Positions 28,781-39,409 of a stretch of 64,000 nt of DNA are shown here, one piece after another (position 1 is the stretch's first letter; each line of letters begins with the position of its first letter). This DNA is from Candidatus Omnitrophota bacterium. GTDB taxonomy: Bacteria; Omnitrophota; Omnitrophia; Omnitrophales; Aquincolibacteriaceae. A model generated the notes under the pieces. That model worked only from the letters and a program-made list of their open reading frames with translations. It made no database searches and was not told the DNA's origin. The stretch is from assembly GCA_043732705.1 (NCBI GenBank), contig JAYTHE010000006.1, positions 12,284 through 76,283 of the forward strand, read 5' to 3'. The position numbers were made by a program, and so were the translations under genes.

Positions 28781-29992
28781 ATGAAGATAACAGAAATCGA
28801 AAAATTATACGGGGAATACGTTTTGCCGACTTACCGGCGTGTGCCGGTTTGCATGGTCAAAGGCAAGGGTTCCCGGGTTTGGGATTCCGAGAACAAAGAA
28901 TATCTCGACTTTTTTCCCGGCTGGGGCGTTTCCGGAATCGGTCATTCGCATCCGGACGTTGTGCATGCGATCAAAAACCAGGCTCAGAAAATAATTCATG
29001 TTCCGAATAATTTTTATATTCTGCAGCAGGCGAAGCTGGCGCAAGCGATTGTTAAAAATGGTTTTTCCGGGCGTGTGTTTTTTGGCAATAGCGGCGCGGA
29101 AGCAAATGAAGCGGCGATTAAATTTTGCCGGATTTATGGTTCAACCGGTAATGTTTCTGAGGGGACACGCAATGAAATGATTACTTTTACGAAATCATTT
29201 CACGGCCGGACGATGGGTGCAATGTCCGCGACGGGACAGGACAAAATTCACCAGGGGTTTTACCCACTTGTGGAAAAATTCACTTACGCGGAATTCAATG
29301 ATTTGGAATCCGTAAAGAAATTGATTACGCCGAAAACGGTCGGGATTATGCTTGAGCCAGTTCAGGGTGAGGGCGGAATCCGGGTTGCGACGCAGGATTT
29401 CATGAAAGGCCTGCGCAAGCTTTGTGATGAGAAAGATTTGCTTTTAGTTTTGGACGAAGTTCAGACTTGTATGGGGCGTACGGGAAAAATGTACGCCTAT
29501 CAGCATTATGGTATTGAGCCCGACATTATGACGCTTGCGAAGTCGCTTGGTTCAGGTGTGCCGATCGGCGCGATGGTTTTAAACAATCGCGTAAAGAAAG
29601 AATTATTTGTTCCGGGTACGCATGGCTCGACTTATGGTGGTAATCCGCTTGTTTCGGCGGCGGCGCTGGCGGTATTCGGAGCGATTAAAAAAGAAAAGCT
29701 TTTGGCGCGTGCGGTAAAAATGGGCGAAGTTCTTGGTGTGAAATTGGAAGAACTGAAAAAGAAATATTCTGTGATTGAAGAAGTGCGCGGGATAGCACTG
29801 ATGCGCGCGCTGAAGCTTTCAGTGCCGTCCGACGCTTATGCCGCGGAAGCGCTTAAAAAAGGTTTGATTATTAACTCAACACAAGGTGATGTGCTGCGTA
29901 TTATGCCGGCACTCACGGTAAAGACAAAAGAAATTGAAAAGGCAATCAGCGTTTTGGATGAGGTTTTCCAGACGCTTGCTCAAAAAGGATAG
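28781..29992 (+). CDS. argD: acetylornithine aminotransferase
   Basis: Class III aminotransferase with PLP lysine region (LAKSLGSGVPIGA). Confidence 0.85.
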   Translation: MKITEIEKLYGEYVLPTYRRVPVCMVKGKGSRVWDSENKEYLDFFPGWGVSGIGHSHPDVVHAIKNQAQKIIHVPNNFYILQQAKLAQAIVKNGFSGRVFFGNSGAEANEAAIKFCRIYGSTGNVSEGTRNEMITFTKSFHGRTMGAMSATGQDKIHQGFYPLVEKFTYAEFNDLESVKKLITPKTVGIMLEPVQGEGGIRVATQDFMKGLRKLCDEKDLLLVLDEVQTCMGRTGKMYAYQHYGIEPDIMTLAKSLGSGVPIGAMVLNNRVKKELFVPGTHGSTYGGNPLVSAAALAVFGAIKKEKLLARAVKMGEVLGVKLEELKKKYSVIEEVRGIALMRALKLSVPSDAYAAEALKKGLIINSTQGDVLRIMPALTVKTKEIEKAISVLDEVFQTLAQKG

Positions 29993-29995
29993 GTT

Positions 29996-30925
29996 ATGGT
30001 TCGTTCGCTAGTCTCAATCAATGAACTGAAACCGGAAACAATTCGCCGCTTGATTCATCAGGCGCGTGTGATTAAAGAACATCCGCGGGATTACCGTAAG
30101 GCGATGGAAGGGCATGTTCTCGGCTGTATTTTTGAAAAGCCTTCAACCCGCACACGTGTTTCTTTTGAAACCGCAATGGTGACCATGGGCGGCAGCGCGG
30201 CTTATATTAATCAGCAGGACGAAAAGCTGGGACAGCGCGAAGAAGTACGCGATGTGGCTCGGACTTTGTCGCGCTATTTCTCAGCGGCGGTGCTCAGAAC
30301 TTTTTCACATTGGACCATCACGGAATTTAAACGGCATTTTAAGAAGCCGGTGATTAATGGTTTGTCCGATTTAGAGCATCCTTGCCAGGCACTTGCAGAT
30401 TTTATGACGATTGAGGAAAAATTTGGTGATGTTAAAAACGCAACTGTCGCTTTTGTCGGCGACGGCAACAATGTTTTAAATTCACTGATGTTGACCGCGG
30501 CAAAACTCGGGACACATTTAAAATTTGCAACACCGCGCAATAACCGGCCGTATAAAAAAATGCTGGATCTCGCGAAAAAAATCGCTAAAAAATCAGGCGG
30601 AAAAATTGAGGAAAGCCGCGATCCCAAAGCCGCTGTACGGGGCGCGCAGGTCATTTATACCGATGTATGGGTCAGTATGGGCGAAGAAGAAATCCGCGAA
30701 ATGAAAATGCGTGAGTTCGATGGTTTCGAGGTTAACCGGAAATTATTGAAGTATGCTGCGAAAGACGCGGTTGTCATGCATTGTCTGCCCGCGCACCGCG
30801 GCGAAGAAATCACGGATGACGTGATGGAAAGTAAGCGCTCGATCGTATTCGATCAGGCTGAAAACCGCTTGCATATTCAAAAAGCCATTATTCTTTATTT
30901 GTTAGGACAAGGGGAAATGTCATGA
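29996..30925 (+). CDS. argF: ornithine carbamoyltransferase
   Basis: STRTR carbamoyl-phosphate motif and HCLP motif. Confidence 0.9.
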   Translation: MVRSLVSINELKPETIRRLIHQARVIKEHPRDYRKAMEGHVLGCIFEKPSTRTRVSFETAMVTMGGSAAYINQQDEKLGQREEVRDVARTLSRYFSAAVLRTFSHWTITEFKRHFKKPVINGLSDLEHPCQALADFMTIEEKFGDVKNATVAFVGDGNNVLNSLMLTAAKLGTHLKFATPRNNRPYKKMLDLAKKIAKKSGGKIEESRDPKAAVRGAQVIYTDVWVSMGEEEIREMKMREFDGFEVNRKLLKYAAKDAVVMHCLPAHRGEEITDDVMESKRSIVFDQAENRLHIQKAIILYLLGQGEMS

Positions 30926-32142
30926 AGAAAATTACCAAGAAAAAAATTGTGCTGGCCTATTCCGGCGGACTGGATACGTCGTGCATCGCAAAATGGTTGA
31001 AAGACAAATATGATGCCGAAGTCATCTGCTTCTCTGCATTTTTGGGCGAAGTCAGCGACCCGAAGATTTTGAAAAAGCGCGCGAATGCGGCCGGTTCGAA
31101 GAAAGTTTATATTGAAGATTTGAAACAGGAATTTGCGGATGACTTTATTTTGCCGGCGCTGTGGGCGCATGCGCGCTATGAAGGCAAATATCCGCTTGCG
31201 ACGGCTCTCGGACGCCCTTTGATTGCAAAACGGCTCGCGGAAGTCGCTGAAAAAGAAGGTGCCACCGCGGTCGCGCATGGCTGTACGGGCAAAGGCAATG
31301 ATCAGGTTCGTATTGAAGTCGGTGTACGCACGCTCAGCCCGCATCTTGAAATTTTAGCCCCTTTGCGTGAATGGGAATTTAAAACTCGTGAAGAAGAAAT
31401 TGATTATGCAATCAAACATAAAATTCCGATTGGCGCGACGAAAAAAAGCCCGTATTCAATCGATAAGAATATTTGGGGTATCGCAATTGAAGCCGGCATT
31501 CTCGAAGATCTTTGGCAGGAACCGCCTGAAGACGCTTATGTGATGACGCGCCATGTTTCCAAAACTCCGAAACATGAATATGTCACGATTGATTTTGATA
31601 AGGGCGTGCCCGTTAAATTGAACGGCAAAAAAATGAATTTCGCGGCGCTAATCGAAAAATTAAACGTGATCGCGGGCCGTAACGGTGTTGGACGTTTTGA
31701 TATGGTTGAAAACCGGCTGGTAGGAATCAAGAGCCGTGAAATTTACGAAGCCCCTGCTGCGGAAGTTTTATTAAAAGCGCATGAAGAGCTGGAAGGCCTT
31801 GTGATGGACCGCGAATTTTTGCATTACAAGCGCGTCATGTCAGAGAAATATTCCGAGCTGGTTTATTTTGGGCTTTGGTTTTCGCCGCTGAAACAAGCAA
31901 TGGATGCTTTCTTCGCATCGAATCAAAAACGCGTGACTGGTAAAATCCGTTTCAAGCTTGAAAAGGGGCATGTATTGCCCGCGGGCCGCGAGTCCAAGTA
32001 TTCGCTTTATTCGCATAAGCTCGCGACTTATTCCAAGGGTGATGTGTTTGACCGTACGGCGGCGGCAGGATTCATGAAATTGTGGGGGCTCCCATACGAG
32101 GGTATGGGAGCAAAAACTAATAGCTCAAAGCGTAAAGGTTAA
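30922..32142 (+). CDS. argG: argininosuccinate synthase
   Basis: VLAYSGGLDTS PP-loop; start overlaps argF stop (ATGTCATGA). Confidence 0.9.
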   Translation: MKKITKKKIVLAYSGGLDTSCIAKWLKDKYDAEVICFSAFLGEVSDPKILKKRANAAGSKKVYIEDLKQEFADDFILPALWAHARYEGKYPLATALGRPLIAKRLAEVAEKEGATAVAHGCTGKGNDQVRIEVGVRTLSPHLEILAPLREWEFKTREEEIDYAIKHKIPIGATKKSPYSIDKNIWGIAIEAGILEDLWQEPPEDAYVMTRHVSKTPKHEYVTIDFDKGVPVKLNGKKMNFAALIEKLNVIAGRNGVGRFDMVENRLVGIKSREIYEAPAAEVLLKAHEELEGLVMDREFLHYKRVMSEKYSELVYFGLWFSPLKQAMDAFFASNQKRVTGKIRFKLEKGHVLPAGRESKYSLYSHKLATYSKGDVFDRTAAAGFMKLWGLPYEGMGAKTNSSKRKG

Positions 32143-32236
32143 AGCCATAACCAAAAGCTTTTTAACCGATCGAAAGCCTTTGGGCTTTAAGCTATAGTCT
32201 TGAGTTTTAACCTTTAACCTTTGGGCTAAAATTTTT

Positions 32237-33643
32237 ATGAAAAAAAGTATGAGTGAAAAAAAGCAGTTATGGGGCGGAAGATTTGAGCAGGGCATGCATC
32301 CTGCGCTGCAGGAATTTAGTTATTCCTTGGCGACGGACAGCGCGCTTTTTCATTCGGAAATTCGTGTCAACCGCGCTTGGGTCAAAATGCTTGCCAAAGC
32401 GAAAGTGGTTTCTGCTTCCGAGCTGAAAAAACTTTTAAAGGGTCTCGATAAAGTCGCCAAAGAATGGAATGAATGTCAGGCTTGCTGTGAATACTCTGAT
32501 GTCGAAGATGTTCATTCATTGATTCAAATTCTTCTCGAAAAAGTCTGTGGATCAGTTGCGAAGAAATTACATACTGGCCGGAGCCGCAACGATTTGGTTG
32601 TGACCTCAACCAGAATTTATCTCAAAGATCAGGTTGCTGATCTGAAAGCTTTTATCACAAAGCTTCAGAAATCTTTAGTGGGGCAGGCGGATCAAAATTC
32701 GAATCTTATTATTCCAGGCCTGACACATTTGAGAAAAGCACAGCCTATTTTATTGGCGCATCATCTACTTGCTTATGTTGAAATGCTCGAAGAAGATACG
32801 GAACGATTGAATGACGTTTTAAAACGGTTGGATGTACTGCCGCTGGGTTCGGCCGCGCTTGGCGGTTCGGCATTGCCATTTGACCGCAAGTTTCTCGCAA
32901 AAGAATTAGGTTTTTCAAAAATTGCCGCGAATAGTATGGCCGCCACAAGCGACCGTGCTTTTTTAGTAGAGCTTATGTCTGGAATTTCCACAGTTTGGAT
33001 GCATCTTTCACGTCTCGCGGAAGACTTTGTACTATGGAATTCAGAATTCTTTGGCTACGTTGAATTGGATGACCGGTTCTCGACAGGCTCAAGCCTCATG
33101 CCGCAAAAGAAAAATCCGGATGTGTTTGAACTCGTGCGTGGGAAAACAGGTTCCATTTTTGGGATTTTGCAGGCTTTGCTCGTGGTGCAAAAAGGTTTGC
33201 CGCTCGCGTATAACCGCGATTTGCAGGAAGACAAACCCGGAGTTTTCTTCGCGTTGAATGAAACCATGCTTGCGCTCGAAGTTTTAAGTTTAACGATTCA
33301 AACTGTACGTTTTCAAAAGCAAGCCGCGGAAAAGCAATTGGCGGATGACGGGCTGTATGCCACCGACCTGTTGGAGTATTTGGTGCGTAAAGGTGTGCTT
33401 TTTACCGATGCTCATCATGCTGTCGGAAAGATCGTAGCGTATTCGGTTAAGGCCGGAAAAAAAATCCGTGACTTTTCTTTATCGGAATTACAGGTTTTTG
33501 CACCGAAGGCGGATGAAGATGCCTTTTCCTTGTTCCATGCCGAAAAATCAGTTTCGGGAAAGAAAACTTTGGGCAGCACTAACCCGAAATTAGTTGGTCA
33601 ACAGATTCTATATTGGAAGAAAAAGTTAAATTCTAATTTCTGA
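32237..33643 (+). CDS. argH: argininosuccinate lyase
   Basis: LWGGRF N-terminus and fumarate-lyase signature GSSLMPQKKNPD. Confidence 0.9.
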   Translation: MKKSMSEKKQLWGGRFEQGMHPALQEFSYSLATDSALFHSEIRVNRAWVKMLAKAKVVSASELKKLLKGLDKVAKEWNECQACCEYSDVEDVHSLIQILLEKVCGSVAKKLHTGRSRNDLVVTSTRIYLKDQVADLKAFITKLQKSLVGQADQNSNLIIPGLTHLRKAQPILLAHHLLAYVEMLEEDTERLNDVLKRLDVLPLGSAALGGSALPFDRKFLAKELGFSKIAANSMAATSDRAFLVELMSGISTVWMHLSRLAEDFVLWNSEFFGYVELDDRFSTGSSLMPQKKNPDVFELVRGKTGSIFGILQALLVVQKGLPLAYNRDLQEDKPGVFFALNETMLALEVLSLTIQTVRFQKQAAEKQLADDGLYATDLLEYLVRKGVLFTDAHHAVGKIVAYSVKAGKKIRDFSLSELQVFAPKADEDAFSLFHAEKSVSGKKTLGSTNPKLVGQQILYWKKKLNSNF

Positions 33644-33768
33644 ATTCCAAATAAATACAAAATTTCAATTTTCAAACCATCGCCTTTGCATTTTTGAATT
33701 TGACTACTTGGATTTATTTAGGATTTAGAGCTTAGTGCTTAGAGTTTTTTAGAACGAAGAGGATTATT
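33644..33768. repeat. family-D palindromic element, second copy (argH-lysA spacer)
   Basis: See 16094..16245. Confidence 0.45.
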
Positions 33769-35028
33769 GTGGATCAAAATTTTTATTACAAAAATAGTGA
33801 GCTTTACTGTGAAGGTGTCCGCGTTTCGGAAATCGTCAAGCAAACCGGAACACCGGCGTATATTTACAGCCACGCTGCTTTTACGGGCCGCCTGAAAGAA
33901 CTGCAGCAGGCTTTTAAAGCCGTGAAACCGCTGATTTGCTATTCGATGAAAGCGAATTCGAATATTGCCGTATTGCGTGCGCTTGTGAAGCAGGGCAGCG
34001 GTCTTGATATTGTTTCCGGTGGTGAGTTGGAACGCGCGAAGCGTGCGGGTTGTCCGGGAGAAAAAATTGTTTTCGCAGGGGTCGGTAAAACAGACGAAGA
34101 AATCGCCGCGGCCATTCGCTACGGAATTTTATTTTTTAACGTTGAGTCACTGCCTGAAATTGACGCGATCAATGCCGTTGCGGCAAAACTGAAAAAGAAA
34201 GCGACGATTTCGCTGCGCATTAATCCGGATGTGGATCCGCGCACGCACCGCCATATTTCCACGGGTAAAAAAGAAAGCAAATTTGGAATTGATTTATTGC
34301 GCGCGGAAAAAGCCTTTCTTCGCAGAAGCCATTATCCATGGGTGCGCCTCGCTGGGCTGCATGTCCATATCGGATCGCAAATTGAAAGCGGCACGCCCTT
34401 CGTGCACGCTTTTAAAAAAGTAACCAAGTTTATTGCTGGTTTGAAAAAAGACGGCGTTGACTTGGAATTTTTGAATATCGGCGGCGGGCTGGGTGTGACC
34501 TATAATCATGAGAAGCCGCAAAAAGCCGCTGACTATGCAAAAAAAGTCGCGTCGATTCTCAAGAAAACCGGCCTCAAAATTATTATGGAGCCGGGACGTT
34601 TCATTTCCGCTAACAGCGGAATTTTAGCGGCACAAGTAATTTATGTAAAAGAAACGGACGTAAAAAATTTCGCAATCATTGATGCTGCGATGAACGATTT
34701 AATCCGACCCTCTTTTTATGACGCCTATCACCGGATTGAACCGCTTACCAGGAAAAAATCAAAATCAGTTGTTTATGATGTTGTCGGCCCGGTTTGTGAA
34801 AGCGGTGATTTTCTTGCGAAAGCACGCAAGCTTTCGCAGGTGAAGCGCGGTGATTTGCTTGCGATCTTTTCCGCGGGCGCCTATGGATATGTGATGTCTT
34901 CAAACTACAATACTCGCGGCCGCGCGGTTGAAGTCCTGGTTAAAGGCTCATCATTCAGTGTCGTAAAAAAACGCGAATCGGTTTCCGAGCTTCTTGCCGG
35001 CGAAACGATTCCGGCTTACTTACGCTAA
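33769..35028 (+). CDS. lysA: diaminopimelate decarboxylase
   Basis: YSMKANSN PLP-lysine motif, ESGD, fold-III decarboxylase; GTG start with GAGGA RBS. Confidence 0.85.
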   Translation: MDQNFYYKNSELYCEGVRVSEIVKQTGTPAYIYSHAAFTGRLKELQQAFKAVKPLICYSMKANSNIAVLRALVKQGSGLDIVSGGELERAKRAGCPGEKIVFAGVGKTDEEIAAAIRYGILFFNVESLPEIDAINAVAAKLKKKATISLRINPDVDPRTHRHISTGKKESKFGIDLLRAEKAFLRRSHYPWVRLAGLHVHIGSQIESGTPFVHAFKKVTKFIAGLKKDGVDLEFLNIGGGLGVTYNHEKPQKAADYAKKVASILKKTGLKIIMEPGRFISANSGILAAQVIYVKETDVKNFAIIDAAMNDLIRPSFYDAYHRIEPLTRKKSKSVVYDVVGPVCESGDFLAKARKLSQVKRGDLLAIFSAGAYGYVMSSNYNTRGRAVEVLVKGSSFSVVKKRESVSELLAGETIPAYLR

Positions 35029-35036
35029 GAATAAGA

Positions 35037-35390
35037 TTGATGCGCCAAATTTTTCTTATTACCGGCGGCGACCAGCCGGAAAATTTTGAAAACGAGGACG
35101 CACTTCCCATGAGCGCCAAGCTTTTGGCTGAATTGGAAGCTCACTTGAAACCCGCTCAAAATCAAAACAAATTTCATATTCCCGCAGGCGAAGCCCTAGT
35201 CTTTTTACGGGATTTTTACGCGCAGTATGAGCTTTCTCAGCCGCAACGGCGCGTGAGGCTTCGTTTTGAGAAAGTTTTGGAAGGAATTCCTTCCGGCCAA
35301 ACCGTTCAATTTGCCGTCGCGGAAGTCTCCGAACACCGCAGCCGCAGAAATTTAAACAAAAACTTAAAAAAAACCGAACAGCTGTATTGA
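35037..35390 (+). CDS. hypothetical protein (117 aa)
   Basis: ORF only; a similarly long antisense ORF with Arg-rich composition looks like translation of non-coding sequence. Confidence 0.3.
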   Translation: MMRQIFLITGGDQPENFENEDALPMSAKLLAELEAHLKPAQNQNKFHIPAGEALVFLRDFYAQYELSQPQRRVRLRFEKVLEGIPSGQTVQFAVAEVSEHRSRRNLNKNLKKTEQLY

Positions 35391-35459
35391 CACTACCCAC
35401 AGTTGCTGTAATATTCCAATTCTGTTCTGTAAGCTGTTGAAAAATATCGAAAGATGTAA

Positions 35460-36935
35460 ATGAAAAAAAAGTTTAGTGGCAAAGTCTTGGTGATCGGCTG
35501 TGGCTCTGTCTCGCAGTGTACGGTTCCACTTTTATTGAAGATGATCGACATGCCCGCAGAAAAAATCACGATCATGGATTTTGTCGATAACCGTACGCGC
35601 GTTAAATCCGCTTTGAAGCAAGGCGTTAATTATGTGATTGACCGCATTGCTCCTGAAAATTATGCCAAGCTGCTTTCCAAATATGTCGGTAAAGGTGATT
35701 TGATTGTCGACCTTGCGTGGAATATTGACTGCGGCGCAATTTTGACCTGGTGTCGACAAAATGACGTACTCTATGTGAATACCTCAGTCGAGGAGTGGGA
35801 TCCGTACGGGGACGAAATTCGCGATGATCCGCGTGACTATACGTTATATAGCCGGCATATGCGCTTGCGCAAAATCACCGACCCTTGGGCGACTGATCCC
35901 GGAGCAACCGCGATCGTGGACCATGGCGCCAACCCCGGGCTTGTTTCGCATTTCACAAAACACGCGTTGATTCAAATTGCCGAAAAAATTCTAAAGACGA
36001 AACCGAAGGACCGCCGCAAAAAGCAGCTTGAGAAATTTTTGGAAGATAAAAATTTTTCAAAGCTCGCGCAGCTTACTGGCGTTAAAATAATCCATGTCAG
36101 CGAGCGTGATTCTCAAATTACGAATAAGCCGAAACAGGTCAATGAATTCGTAAATACCTGGAGCATCGAAGGTTTTTATGAAGAAGGCGTGGCTCCGGCT
36201 GAAATGGGCTGGGGAACACATGAACGCTTAGTTCCGAAGGGCGCCTTTTTTTATGATGAAGGCCCGAAGAATCAAATTTGTTTGAATACGCTCGGAATGA
36301 AAACCTGGGTGCGTTCATGGGTGCCGAGCGGCGAAATTACCGGGATGGTGATCCGCCACGGCGAAGCGTTCAGTATTTCCGACCGTCTCACGGTTTGGGA
36401 ACGCGGTGTTCCGGTTTACCGCCCCACCGTGCATTACGCTTATTGCCCGTCTGATTCCGCGATCAATTCCATGCATGAACTTGAAATGCGCCAGTTTAAA
36501 CTTCAAGAGAAACAACGCATTATGAACGACGAAATCATTGCCGGCCGCGACGAACTTGGCGTGCTTTTAATGGGGCATGATTTTAATTCCTGGTGGTGCG
36601 GCAGCTGTTTGACCATTGATGATGCGCGCAAAATTGTCGCAGGCCAGCAAGCAACTACATTACAGGTCGCGATTTCGATTACGGCGGCTGTGATTTGGAT
36701 GATTGATAATCCGCGCAAAGGGTTTCTGATGCCGGATGATGTGGATCACGAGCCGATCCTTAAGATCGTTAAGCCTTTTATCAAGCCGCTGATTTCAGAA
36801 GCAGTGGATTGGACGCCGCTTAAAAATGCCAATATCAAATATACGAAATTTAATATTCCGCAGGCACGGCAGGAAGATGTTTGGCAGTTTACGAGTTTTC
36901 TCATTCATCATCAGGAAAGACTAGCAGTTCAATGA
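35460..36935 (+). CDS. hss: homospermidine synthase (saccharopine-dehydrogenase-like)
   Basis: Recalled bacterial HSS blocks present: VLVIGCGS, NTWS(I/V)EGF, EMGWGTHER, YRPT(V/C)HYAY, DELGVLL, ATTLQV, DWTPL, WQF. Confidence 0.8.
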   Translation: MKKKFSGKVLVIGCGSVSQCTVPLLLKMIDMPAEKITIMDFVDNRTRVKSALKQGVNYVIDRIAPENYAKLLSKYVGKGDLIVDLAWNIDCGAILTWCRQNDVLYVNTSVEEWDPYGDEIRDDPRDYTLYSRHMRLRKITDPWATDPGATAIVDHGANPGLVSHFTKHALIQIAEKILKTKPKDRRKKQLEKFLEDKNFSKLAQLTGVKIIHVSERDSQITNKPKQVNEFVNTWSIEGFYEEGVAPAEMGWGTHERLVPKGAFFYDEGPKNQICLNTLGMKTWVRSWVPSGEITGMVIRHGEAFSISDRLTVWERGVPVYRPTVHYAYCPSDSAINSMHELEMRQFKLQEKQRIMNDEIIAGRDELGVLLMGHDFNSWWCGSCLTIDDARKIVAGQQATTLQVAISITAAVIWMIDNPRKGFLMPDDVDHEPILKIVKPFIKPLISEAVDWTPLKNANIKYTKFNIPQARQEDVWQFTSFLIHHQERLAVQ

Positions 36936-37066
36936 AATTTAAAATGATAATTTTAAAATCAATGCTCACTGCTGTGCTGAGTCTACTTAGAAAACAAGTT
37001 GTGACTCGGCTTAGCGACCCGCTAATCGGATGTTCATTTCACAATTGAAATAAACCATAGGCGAAT

Positions 37067-38248
37067 ATGAAAGAAGAATTAGCTCCGCAACAAGAACAGC
37101 CTCTGTCGCCCAATAAATCAAAAACATCGGCTTCCTTCGGTATTGATGATCTTGTCAGGGACATGCTGAAAAAGCATAAGACGCCTTTTATGCTGATTCG
37201 CCGCTCTGTGCTTCGCAAGCAGTATGAGCGTTTCCGCAAATGTCTTCCGGAAGTCACACCTTATTACGCCATTAAAGCCAATCCTTATCCCAAAATCATT
37301 AAAGAGTTTGTTGATTTGGGCGCAGGGTTTGACGTGGCGAGCGCGGAAGAAATGAAATTGGTATTGAAACTCGGCGCATCGACCAGCAAGGTCATTTTCG
37401 CGAACACGATTAAGTCCGAGGAAGATATTCAGGCCGCGAAACGCCGCCGCGTCAACCTCATGACGTTTGACAGCGAAACCGAACTTTATAAAATTGCTGA
37501 AAATTTTCCCGGGGCGCATGTTGTTGCGCGTATCAAAGTCGCGAATTTAGGCAGTGTTGTTCAGCTCTCGCTCAAATTCGGCTGCGATCCCGAACAGGCA
37601 TTCTTTCTTTTGAAAAAAGCGAAGGCGCTTGGCCTTGTTCCGAAAGGCATTAGCTTTCATGTCGGCTCGCAATCGCGCAACGTTGAAAATTACCTCCAGG
37701 CGCTTGAGATTACCGCCGCGATTTTCGAAGAAGCGGAATCAAACGGCATGCCGCTCAAGATCGTGGATATTGGCGGGGGATTTCCGATTCAGCATTTTGA
37801 CAATGAAATTGGTATTAATTTTGAACGCATGGCCGCGCAAATCCGTAAGCAGCTCAAAAAACTTTTCAGCAGCAATGTAAAATTTATTGCTGAGCCGGGT
37901 CGTTTTTTTGTCGGGCCTTCCGGAATTTTGGTGACCAAAGTTGTAGGCCGCAGTTTCAGAAATAACAAAAGTTATTACTATTTGAATGACGGTATTTACC
38001 AAGATTTTTCAGGAATGGTGTTCGATCATTGCAAATATGAATTCAAAACTTTGCGCCGCGGGCCCAAGTTCATGTGTACCCTCGCGGGGCCGACCTGCGA
38101 CTCATTTGACACCCTGGCGGAGAACGCCGAAATGCCCGAGCTCAATTTAGACGATATCGTCTATGTAAAGAATATCGGCGCTTATTCCTCAGCGAGTGCT
38201 GTACCTAACTTTAACGGGTTTCCGCCTGCCAAAATTGTCCTCATTTGA
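37067..38248 (+). CDS. ornithine/lysine decarboxylase, eukaryotic-type (fold III PLP decarboxylase)
   Basis: YAIKANP PLP-binding lysine motif, GGGFP, C-terminal CDSFD region; beside hss it is a likely putrescine-forming ODC. Confidence 0.75.
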   Translation: MKEELAPQQEQPLSPNKSKTSASFGIDDLVRDMLKKHKTPFMLIRRSVLRKQYERFRKCLPEVTPYYAIKANPYPKIIKEFVDLGAGFDVASAEEMKLVLKLGASTSKVIFANTIKSEEDIQAAKRRRVNLMTFDSETELYKIAENFPGAHVVARIKVANLGSVVQLSLKFGCDPEQAFFLLKKAKALGLVPKGISFHVGSQSRNVENYLQALEITAAIFEEAESNGMPLKIVDIGGGFPIQHFDNEIGINFERMAAQIRKQLKKLFSSNVKFIAEPGRFFVGPSGILVTKVVGRSFRNNKSYYYLNDGIYQDFSGMVFDHCKYEFKTLRRGPKFMCTLAGPTCDSFDTLAENAEMPELNLDDIVYVKNIGAYSSASAVPNFNGFPPAKIVLI

Positions 38249-38450
38249 TCTTGTTTGCGTCGCTCGATAAAGCTCGCGGTGCGGAGGCATTTCAAGCTTT
38301 GCGTTCCTCAACGTACCAGACCGTACGCCTCGGAAAACTTCACTTCATAAGCCTTGTATCCAAAGCCTTTTGAGTCAAAACTCCTCTAAAAACACCATAA
38401 ATTTTAGCTTAAATTGGCCTCTCAATTTGTTACAATACCCGTTCTTAAAT

Positions 38451-38516
38451 GAGCGCATAACATGCGGAACGAAGTGAACGTAAGTTATAGACGCGAATTT
38501 ATACCGGGCGCGTAGC
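38451..38516 (+). repeat. family-E element copy with a ~25-nt internal insertion
   Basis: See 24509..24555. Confidence 0.4.
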
Positions 38517-38569
38517 TAGAAAGACCGGTGCTTAGTAGTAAGCTGCAAAGCAGCTTTCCATAGGAAAAA

Positions 38570-39409
38570 ATGCCTAAGACAATTCGTTTTCACAAAATGC
38601 AGGCTTCGGGCAATGACTTTGTGGTAATCGATCTGCGCAAGCAGTCGCTTTCCAATCTCAAAGCATTTGCCGCCAAAGTATGTCCGATTCACACAGGTAT
38701 CGGTGCTGATGGCGTGCTTGTGATTGAAGCTTCCAGGAAGGCTGATTTCAAGGCACGTATTTTTAATTCAGACGGTAGTGAAGCGGAAGCCTGTGGAAAC
38801 GGGTTTCGCTGCGTCGGCCGTTTCGCACGCGATATTTTAAAGTTTCCCGCGAAGATGCAATTTGAATCCGTTTCCGGTTTGATTTCCGCGGAAGTTAAAA
38901 AAGACAAGGTCCGCGTCCAATTGGTTCAGCCCAAAGTCCTGCAAGAAAATGGTGCCCTTTCAATCGACAGTGAAAATTTCGCCTATGACTTTTTTAATAC
39001 CGGAGTTCCGCATGTCGTTATTTTTTCGGAACGTTTAGAAAAGGCGAATGTGTTTGAATGGGGACGCGCAATCCGTAACCACAAAAAGTTTGCGCCCAAA
39101 GGTACCAATGTTAATTTCGTCCAGTGTCTTTTTAAAGCCGGAAAGCCGGCGGGTCGCGGCGTTTCTAGAATTAAGGTGAGAACTTATGAACGCGGTGTCG
39201 AAGATGAGACGCTGGCTTGCGGGACGGGCTCTACGGCTTCCGCGCTCGCGGCGATTTTAAAATTTAACATGAAGTCGCCGGTTGAAGTTTTAACGCGCGG
39301 CGGCGAAGCTTTGAAGGTTTCTTTTGAATTTGATAATCAAGGGCTTCCGCTCAAGGCTTTTCTTGAAGGCGGCGCTCACGTGGTCTATGAAGGAAAAATA
39401 ACTTTATGA
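38570..39409 (+). CDS. dapF: diaminopimelate epimerase
   Basis: MQASGNDFVVID and second active-site Cys region (ACGTGS). Confidence 0.9.
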   Translation: MPKTIRFHKMQASGNDFVVIDLRKQSLSNLKAFAAKVCPIHTGIGADGVLVIEASRKADFKARIFNSDGSEAEACGNGFRCVGRFARDILKFPAKMQFESVSGLISAEVKKDKVRVQLVQPKVLQENGALSIDSENFAYDFFNTGVPHVVIFSERLEKANVFEWGRAIRNHKKFAPKGTNVNFVQCLFKAGKPAGRGVSRIKVRTYERGVEDETLACGTGSTASALAAILKFNMKSPVEVLTRGGEALKVSFEFDNQGLPLKAFLEGGAHVVYEGKITL

